From positions 1 through 30,716 of IMG/VR virus record IMGVR_UViG_3300033067_001226: a stretch of DNA of 30,716 nt; one strand, 5' to 3'. This DNA comes from a virus. Taxonomy: Duplodnaviria > Caudoviricetes. Below, in pieces: positions 24,740-30,716 of the stretch. Position numbers and translations under genes: made by a program. Numbering within the stretch: position 1 is the first letter of the stretch; each line of letters begins with the position of its first letter. The notes under the pieces are model-generated. The model saw only the letters and a list, made by a program, of their open reading frames with translations. It ran no database searches and had not been told where the DNA came from.

Positions 24740-24915
24740 TAGGCCGACGGCATCGGCTTCTTGGAAATGACGGACCAAGCCGCCACGGCCAACGTCCCGG
24801 CAGCGCCGGCGATGGCGGTGCCTGTCGCGGCGTCGAGAATGCCCTTGCCGGTGAAGTAGCCGCAGATCGCGGCGATGATGGTGCGGACAACGCCGCCGAT
24901 AGTTGCTGCATCCAT
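24739..24915 (-). CDS. Putative holin (58 aa, not in the ORF track)
   Basis: MDAATIGGVVRTIIAAICGYFTGKGILDAATGTAIAGAAGTLAVAAWSVISKKPMPSA; SD AAGGA; two hydrophobic segments; between endolysin and spanins. Confidence 0.75.
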   Translation of the reverse strand: MDAATIGGVVRTIIAAICGYFTGKGILDAATGTAIAGAAGTLAVAAWSVISKKPMPSA

Positions 24916-24933
24916 TGGTTCAGTCCTTTCTCT

Positions 24934-25335
24934 CTACGGGTATTTAGCGGCCGGAAGTTCATGGTGTGGGTAGTCTTTGAACGTCTTCCAGTCGCAACCG
25001 CTCCGCAGCGGTATCTTGAAGTCGGCAGCCGCTTTCTTCATGGCCGCCGCAATGACGAGGAACGGGGGGATGTGCGCCCACGTCGGCTTCCCCGCGTCGT
25101 CCAAGGGCGCAAGGTCCACGGCGTGGCCCCAGCCGTTGGTCGGACAATGCCGACAATCGCGGGGGTCCTTCAGCGAGGAGAAGCCCTGCTGGATCAGGAT
25201 TTTCTCGCGCTCGATTGTCCGCAAACCCTCGGTCACGACGAACCGGACAGAACAATTGTCCGCCGCCTTCCGGACGATCTTCACGAGGTCCGGGTGGACG
25301 CCCTTGAGCTTGCTCTCGGAGACTGGGTCCAGCAT
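24934..25335 (-). CDS. Endolysin, M15-family (L-Ala-D-Glu type) peptidase
   Basis: LKGVHPDL, EGLRT, RH...GHAVD, DYPHHEL zinc-peptidase motifs. Confidence 0.9.
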   Translation of the reverse strand: MLDPVSESKLKGVHPDLVKIVRKAADNCSVRFVVTEGLRTIEREKILIQQGFSSLKDPRDCRHCPTNGWGHAVDLAPLDDAGKPTWAHIPPFLVIAAAMKKAAADFKIPLRSGCDWKTFKDYPHHELPAAKYP

Positions 25336-25363
25336 TGTCTTCCTGCTTTCCGGACAAAACTTA

Positions 25364-26116
25364 TCAGAGTTTGCAGATCATGACGAGCGAGTAGAACGGC
25401 GGCTGGATCGGGACAGCCGACGCCGTCGCCGTCGGAATGATCGCCGCGCCGGAGCCGCCCGAGTTCACGCCAATGCCCGTCGTGTTCGTCTGAAGGTTGA
25501 ACGAGGACGTCGTGATGTTGGACGAACCCGTGGTTGAGAACGTGAACGGTCCGCCGGCAGCGCCGCCGGACGCGCCCGTGCCGCCGAACGTGCCCGTGTG
25601 GGTGTGTCCGGGGTCGGTGACGGTCAGGGCGTAGTTCGGAAGCTGCGACACGGACAGCGTGAACGGAGCGACGGTGATCGTCGGCGCGTAGGCGAGGTAG
25701 CCGCCCGTCTGGTCCTTCGTGTAGAGGCCGCCGGAGCCGACGATGAACTTCGACCGCAGGTCCGGCGTCGACCACGTCCCGCCGGCGACAAGCGAATAGG
25801 TGCCCCCGTCGCAGAGCGCGAAGCCCGAAGGCGCTGCCGACGCGCCGTCGTACATGAGAATGGTCTTCGGCGGGACAGCCGCGAGGACAGCGGCGGCGGC
25901 AGCCGACGCGGTGGCCGACGCTGACGCGGCTGTGAGGGACACGGAACGGAGGTTCGTGTCCAGCGTGTCCAAGTCCGCGTTGAGCTTGGTCCCCCACGTC
26001 GAAGTGGAAGACCCGACTTCGGGCTTCGTCAGCGAGTAGTAGGTCGTGTAGCTGTCGGCGGCGAGAGCCAGAGTGGCCAGCAGCGACGCGACAAGGGCGA
26101 GAGTAAGGCGTCTCAT
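25364..26116 (-). CDS. Tail fibre protein with collar-like domain, preceded by a signal peptide
   Basis: [19 protein letters not shown] fibre N-terminus; PSGFALCDG...[11 protein letters not shown] collar; TDPGHTH; QPPFYSL.MI.K C-terminus. Confidence 0.85.
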   Translation of the reverse strand: MRRLTLALVASLLATLALAADSYTTYYSLTKPEVGSSTSTWGTKLNADLDTLDTNLRSVSLTAASASATASAAAAAVLAAVPPKTILMYDGASAAPSGFALCDGGTYSLVAGGTWSTPDLRSKFIVGSGGLYTKDQTGGYLAYAPTITVAPFTLSVSQLPNYALTVTDPGHTHTGTFGGTGASGGAAGGPFTFSTTGSSNITTSSFNLQTNTTGIGVNSGGSGAAIIPTATASAVPIQPPFYSLVMICKL

Positions 26117-27324
26117 GGGATGCGGCTCCATGTGGAAGGCGGGGTAGGAACGATTGTCCAGAACGACGCCAGCGCGCCGCCGGAAAGAGTGCTGTCGTCG
26201 GTCAGCGCCGCCGCGAGGTGGTGCTTGGCGCGCAGCGCGCCGGACAGCGTCGTGGTCGCGGTCAGCAGCGCCTGCATTTCGGCAGCGCCAGCGGAAAGCT
26301 TCGACGTCGAGACCAGCGCCGCCGCAAGGTGGTGCTTCAGGTCGAGGGCGGCTTGGACAGACGACGAAGCCGTCAGGGCGGCGTAAAGATCGCCCGAGGA
26401 CGCAAGCTGTCCGGACAAGGTGCTGTCCGAGGACAGAGCCGCCGCGAACTGGCGCTCGATTGTAAGGGGTCCTGTGAGCGTAGAAGTGGAAGTCAGGGCC
26501 GACGCGAGGTCATGCTGAAGCGCTAGCGCGCCGGACAGGGTGCTGTCGCTGGTCGGGGCCGCCGCGAGGTGCTGCGTCGTCACGGAATTGTAGGTGAAGA
26601 CGATCAAGCCGCCGCCGGCAGGGCCGTCAGCCGCCGCGCCAGCGCCGCCGCCACCGCCATAGTTGCCGCCCGCGCCGCCCGTCGCCGCCGGGGCCGCGCC
26701 GCCGCCACCGCCGCCCGCGCCGACCGTGCCGCTGCTGGGCGTGCCGTTGAGGCTCGTGTAGGTCCATTCAGCGCCTGCGCCGCCCGCGCCGCCGCCAGCC
26801 GTTCCGCCGGCACCGCCCACGCCGCCGTCTCCGGAGCCGCCCGCCGCGTTGCCGCTGGCCGCCGCGCTTCCGTCGGTGCCTGCGCCGCTCGGCCCGGCAG
26901 CGCCGCCGCCTCCGGGCAGGCCGCCCGTGGACGTGCCGCCCGTGCCGCCGGCCCGCGTGGTCGAGCCGACGTTGCCCGTCGAGCCGCCAGCGCCGCCGGA
27001 CGACGTCGTGGACGTCGCGCCGCCAGCAGCGACTAGGGTGCTGGCGTCTTTGAAGTAGCTATTCGCCGTCGGGGTTGTGCCGGCGCCTGTCGTGCCGCCG
27101 GCCGTGCCGCAGCGGTAGGAATAGACGTTGCCCGCCGCAATGCCCGTGAGAGCGGTGATATTGGCGTAACCGCCGCCACCGCCGCCGCCATGCGGGTAGA
27201 CGATGTAGATGCCGTGCGAGCCTTTGCCGCCCGCGCCAATAGCCTCGATGGAGACCAGCGAGCCGAAGTCCGCCGGGACCGTGAAGCTGGTCCCGGACGT
27301 AAACGCAAGGACTTTGACGGCCAC
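26113..27324 (-). CDS. Glycine-rich tail-associated protein with C-terminal HLAAA.TS.STLSG repeats
   Basis: [10 protein letters not shown]...EAIGAGG.G glycine-rich domain; about seven ~20-aa repeats at the C-terminus; SD AAGGA, GTG start. Confidence 0.75.
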   Translation of the reverse strand: MAVKVLAFTSGTSFTVPADFGSLVSIEAIGAGGKGSHGIYIVYPHGGGGGGGYANITALTGIAAGNVYSYRCGTAGGTTGAGTTPTANSYFKDASTLVAAGGATSTTSSGGAGGSTGNVGSTTRAGGTGGTSTGGLPGGGGAAGPSGAGTDGSAAASGNAAGGSGDGGVGGAGGTAGGGAGGAGAEWTYTSLNGTPSSGTVGAGGGGGGAAPAATGGAGGNYGGGGGAGAAADGPAGGGLIVFTYNSVTTQHLAAAPTSDSTLSGALALQHDLASALTSTSTLTGPLTIERQFAAALSSDSTLSGQLASSGDLYAALTASSSVQAALDLKHHLAAALVSTSKLSAGAAEMQALLTATTTLSGALRAKHHLAAALTDDSTLSGGALASFWTIVPTPPSTWSRIP

Positions 27325-27338
27325 GGCGGCCTATCCTT

Positions 27339-27776
27339 TTAGGTGATCGTCCACGACAGAGCAGCGGCCGGGAAGTCCACGACGTCGCCGGCGTTGATCG
27401 TCTTGGACACGGACAGAGCGCCGAACAGCAGCATGTTGCCGCCGCTCGAAGCATCGAACAGCGCCACGTCAACGACGGTGCCCCAGCCCGAAGGCGTGGG
27501 CGTCGGGAAGTTGATCGTGTTGTTGTTCGATGTCTGTCCGGACGTCCCGGACGAAGCCGCAGTCGAACCGGCCGCCTGCGTGCCGGCCCAGTTCGCGAGC
27601 GAGGACGTCACCGCGACACGCGCGTAGGCGTTGCCCGTGACTTCCGTGCCGCCGCCGCCCGCGTTCGGCGCGGCGGTGAACAGGGCGACATAGACCGTCG
27701 CCGGCATGGTGTAGGACTGCCCGCGAAGGAGCGCGTCGATCAGCTTGTTCTGTAGGTAATTCGAGAGCGAGGCCAT
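27339..27776 (-). CDS. Conserved phage tail-associated structural protein
   Basis: SNYL.NKLID..LR......P..VYVALFTA.P...G.GTEV.G..YAR motif. Confidence 0.8.
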   Translation of the reverse strand: MASLSNYLQNKLIDALLRGQSYTMPATVYVALFTAAPNAGGGGTEVTGNAYARVAVTSSLANWAGTQAAGSTAASSGTSGQTSNNNTINFPTPTPSGWGTVVDVALFDASSGGNMLLFGALSVSKTINAGDVVDFPAAALSWTIT

Positions 27777-28430
27777 TTAGAAGCTCCGGGTTCTGGCGGA
27801 TAGTTTCGCTTGCGGCCGGGTCGCCCGTTCGGCGGCAATGGTCACGTCCTCAAGGATGCGCTGATACGCGGCCTCCCAAGTCGGGATGCGGGCGTCCGCC
27901 TTGAGGTACGGCGCGGAGTGAACAAGCGTCCCGTAGAGGTAGAGGTCGGGATATTCCGCCAGCACCCAGTTGGTCGGGTTCGCCGCGTTCAGGTCGTAGA
28001 GCGTCGTGAAATACCAGAGGTCCAGCGTGGCGGGGGCCGTGACAGTGGCCGACGGGAGCAGCACGATCTGGTTGCTGACGATGGTGTAGTAGAGCGTCGC
28101 CCCGGTCGGGTTGTCCGTGGCCATTTCGTCCAGCATGTCCGGGGACACGTATTCGAGCTTGGGCGCGGTCAGCGGGTTGCTCGTCGTGAGCAGCTTATAG
28201 ACAGACGAGAAATCTCCGGGGAGCGCGGCGCTGCCGTTGGTGAAGACAGCGGTGGCGTGCGCCATAGCCGACGGGTGCCGCACGCGCGTCATGTCGCGGG
28301 CGATGCGGGTCGTCGCCAGCACCGTGAAGTTCGGGATGGCCGAGACCAAATCTTGCCGATTGAGCGTGTCCGCCACGATGGCGCACAGCCCTTGGTAATC
28401 GCGCGTGAATGTTGGGTCGGCGTAGGTCAT
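27777..28430 (-). CDS. Head-tail adaptor protein (tubular protein A-like)
   Basis: SD GGAGG; LNRQDL...IP.F, LP.DF, TNWVLAEYPDLYLYGTL.HSAPYLK.D.RI..W. Confidence 0.85.
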   Translation of the reverse strand: MTYADPTFTRDYQGLCAIVADTLNRQDLVSAIPNFTVLATTRIARDMTRVRHPSAMAHATAVFTNGSAALPGDFSSVYKLLTTSNPLTAPKLEYVSPDMLDEMATDNPTGATLYYTIVSNQIVLLPSATVTAPATLDLWYFTTLYDLNAANPTNWVLAEYPDLYLYGTLVHSAPYLKADARIPTWEAAYQRILEDVTIAAERATRPQAKLSARTRSF

Positions 28431-28651
28431 TGTCCTCCACCATAACAGACGGGGACGCCGAGCGAAATCAGGTCTTGGGCGTAGAAGTTGCAGCCGTCGG
28501 TTTCGGACAGGCGCTGTCCGTCGAAGTCGTAGCAACAGACCCCACGCTTGGATTGAAGGGAGTTGAACCAAGCGCGAAGGTCTTCGGGGCCGTCGGAGAC
28601 GCCTGCGAGGGTGGAAGAGGTGAGCAGGAGGAGGACCGACAGCCAACGCAT
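28427..28651 (-). CDS. Small secreted Cys-containing protein
   Basis: Signal peptide; AWFNSLQSKRGVCC motif; SD GAGGAG. Confidence 0.65.
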   Translation of the reverse strand: MRWLSVLLLLTSSTLAGVSDGPEDLRAWFNSLQSKRGVCCYDFDGQRLSETDGCNFYAQDLISLGVPVCYGGGQ

Positions 28652-28652
28652 G

Positions 28653-28871
28653 TTACTTCTCCTCGGGCTTAGGTTCGGGCTTGGGGGAGAACGCGGTGTT
28701 GATCTTGGCCATTGCGGAGGCGGCCTGCTGCTGGGCGAGCTGAAGTTGGGTCTGCGCCGAGGTGAAGGCGAGGACCGCGGACAGTTCGGATTTGGTCAAG
28801 GTGACCGTGGTTTCTTCTTCGGCGTAGGCGACCGAAGAAGCGAGGATGAAAACAATGGCTAAACGTTTCAT
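28653..28871 (-). CDS. Small secreted helical protein (possible fibre chaperone)
   Basis: MKRLAIVFILASSVAYA signal peptide; ATGA overlap with the upstream fibre/spike gene. Confidence 0.7.
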   Translation of the reverse strand: MKRLAIVFILASSVAYAEEETTVTLTKSELSAVLAFTSAQTQLQLAQQQAASAMAKINTAFSPKPEPKPEEK

Positions 28872-30211
28872 GGACATGCAGCTTTCTTGTAAAGAACCCC
28901 GGTAGTATCGATGCAGACATAAAGTCCGCCTGCCCCAGCGGCACCGGGAATACCACTGATGGTGAGGTTGTCGGTGACGGTAACAGCAGAGGCTCCGAGT
29001 TGAAGTTTGGTTGCACCACTGCGTTGAAGATAGAAATCCCATGCACCGCTTGCTATCGCTGTGTAATTTGCACCATCGGATGTGAAGTAACCGCCTAAAA
29101 CATTATTAGCAATAAGTTCAAGACCGGCCGATCCTGTAGCGCTTTCAATGACTAAACCGCGAGCAACACCAATGCCGTTTGCGTTTGCTCCACCGACATT
29201 AAGATCGGCTCCGGTCATCGAGGCTACGCCAGCGCCAAGAACCAAAGCGCCCGTTCCGGAAGATGCGTTGGAATAGAGCCGCCAGCGTTCGGTGCCGGGA
29301 GTACCTGCGTTGCCGGACTTCCAAACAAGCGAATGGCCAAGGGCTGCACCATCACCATAGGAGGCCATGATGATGGCATCAGCTTTGTTTGAGGTTTCAA
29401 CTAATGAAGTTGAACCAAAAACGATGCCGGTTCCGAATCGCTGGGTGTTGTTAACGAACTGAACGCCAGCATCGGTGTCAAATCCGGGAGTACGTTCTCC
29501 ACCAGAAGCGATCTGATGAGCAATGGTTAGGCCTTGCCGAAATGGATCGGCTGCTTGACCGGCAACATACGCTATGCCATCGATTTCGTGTCCAATTGCT
29601 GAACCTGAAACAGCTTGGGTGCGGTAGAACTCGGTGTAATTGCAATACGCTCGAGCGGCGTAAGTGGTATTGTTGGAGAAGGTAACACAAGAGTTACTAA
29701 TCGCAGTGTAGTCTGCGGAGGTTGCCCATTTATTTTGAGAGGCAAGGGTAAGAGCAACGCCGCCGTCGGCAGAGGATGCGTTGTCTTGGGTAAAGATATT
29801 TGAGATTGAAACTTGCGGGGTAGAAGTACTACCGGGAGTGAGTGCAAGTAGAGCGGTTGTAACCCAGTCTTTGGTTACGTTCGGGAACGCACCGTCGTTG
29901 GGAGTTGCGCCGCCGATGAAAACACGGTCGTTGAAGCGCTGAATGTTGGCACCATTTTGGGTGTAGAACTGACCGGAGTTGGGGGTTACGACCGAACCGG
30001 CGAATGTGACGTTGGTTCCGCCGGTGATCGTGCCCAAGCACGCAAGCAGCCCCGAGCCGTCGCCACTGAGAAGCTGGTTGGTGCAGCCCGTGGGCGTCGT
30101 GCCGGGGGTCAGGGAACTGATAGACGGCTGCGTGATCCAGCCCTGCTGCGCAAAAGCCGGAGCGCCCGCAAGAGCCGCGAGCGCGAGGACAGAGCGGAGG
30201 AAGTTCTTCAT
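28868..30211 (-). CDS. Putative receptor-binding tail fibre/spike protein with signal peptide
   Basis: 447 aa, beta-rich and G/T/S/A-rich; C-terminal LYVCIDTTGVLYK; MKNFLRSVLALAALAGAPAFA leader; lower-GC body. Confidence 0.65.
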   Translation of the reverse strand: MKNFLRSVLALAALAGAPAFAQQGWITQPSISSLTPGTTPTGCTNQLLSGDGSGLLACLGTITGGTNVTFAGSVVTPNSGQFYTQNGANIQRFNDRVFIGGATPNDGAFPNVTKDWVTTALLALTPGSTSTPQVSISNIFTQDNASSADGGVALTLASQNKWATSADYTAISNSCVTFSNNTTYAARAYCNYTEFYRTQAVSGSAIGHEIDGIAYVAGQAADPFRQGLTIAHQIASGGERTPGFDTDAGVQFVNNTQRFGTGIVFGSTSLVETSNKADAIIMASYGDGAALGHSLVWKSGNAGTPGTERWRLYSNASSGTGALVLGAGVASMTGADLNVGGANANGIGVARGLVIESATGSAGLELIANNVLGGYFTSDGANYTAIASGAWDFYLQRSGATKLQLGASAVTVTDNLTISGIPGAAGAGGLYVCIDTTGVLYKKAACP

Positions 30212-30603
30212 TACTGCACCTGTCCGCTGAAGAATGCCGTGGACGAAGCGGTCTTCGTAAAGCACCCCGTGGTGCTGAACACGACGACGATGCCGGCCGA
30301 GAAAATCGCGGGCGTCGGCCACGACAGCGCCATGCCGCCGTTCGCCGGAACCTGCCAGCAATACTTGGGTGTGACTGCGCCGTCGGCAGGGGCCGAAGTT
30401 GCGTCGAAGATCATCACGTAGCCGCCCGTCGCGCCGATCTGCGCGGACAGGGCGTTAAGCTGTCCGCTGCCCGTCTTGAGGACGATGTTCGACCCGGCAG
30501 CGCCGGACACGACGGGGACAACGGGACTGAGGAACTGCGCGGACACGGGGGCCGCGAGGACAGCGCCGGCAAGGGCGAGAAGGGCGAGGACGATGCGGTT
30601 CAT
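30211..30603 (-). CDS. Small beta-sandwich virion protein with signal peptide
   Basis: LKTGSGQL...YVMIFDATSAPADG...F.AGIVVVFSTT; leader MNRIVLALLALAGAVLAAPVSA. Confidence 0.7.
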   Translation of the reverse strand: MNRIVLALLALAGAVLAAPVSAQFLSPVVPVVSGAAGSNIVLKTGSGQLNALSAQIGATGGYVMIFDATSAPADGAVTPKYCWQVPANGGMALSWPTPAIFSAGIVVVFSTTGCFTKTASSTAFFSGQVQ

Positions 30604-30716
30604 ACCTTGAACTCCCTAAGCCTGTAAGGCGCGGCTTCGATGCTGTTCCACCAACGGCGACGGCGCTCGGGGTCGCGCCAGACGCCGCGTTGAAGAAGGT
30701 CGTACATCACGGTCAG
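30600..30716 (-). CDS. Conserved small late protein (3' part only)
   Basis: ...LTVMYDLLQRGVWRDPERRRRWWNSIEAAPYRLREFKV*; ATGA overlap with the next gene. Confidence 0.65.
   Translation of the reverse strand: MTVMYDLLQRGVWRDPERRRRWWNSIEAAPYRLREFKV

Noticed and set aside
25364-30211. Diversity-generating retroelement or invertible fibre cassette
   Set aside because: No reverse transcriptase, template/variable repeat pair or invertase seen.

Overview
Segment of a GC-rich, temperate, podovirus-like phage, probably infecting an alphaproteobacterium and apparently in unintegrated form (intact attP). Left to right: a partial CobT-like VWA gene; an origin-like palindrome and iteron cluster; a leftward primase-helicase; a deleted integrase relic; a rightward replication operon (HTH, RuvC-like resolvase, SNF2 helicase, DUF2800 exonuclease, DUF2815 SSB, dNTP diphosphohydrolase, family A DNA polymerase); attP (3' part of tRNA-Val CAC) and a tyrosine integrase; then a leftward late region (ejection proteins, freestanding HNH, tail, lysis cassette, fibres). 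The standout feature is a 290-aa intein in motif B of the polymerase that has no in-frame endonuclease. Instead a complete HNH-type endonuclease gene is nested inside it in another reading frame, overlapping the splicing motifs. Also notable are five late-region proteins with signal peptides, including tail-fibre-like ones, and strong enrichment of a TGTCC/GGACA motif. All family calls come from motif recognition by eye, not from database searches.
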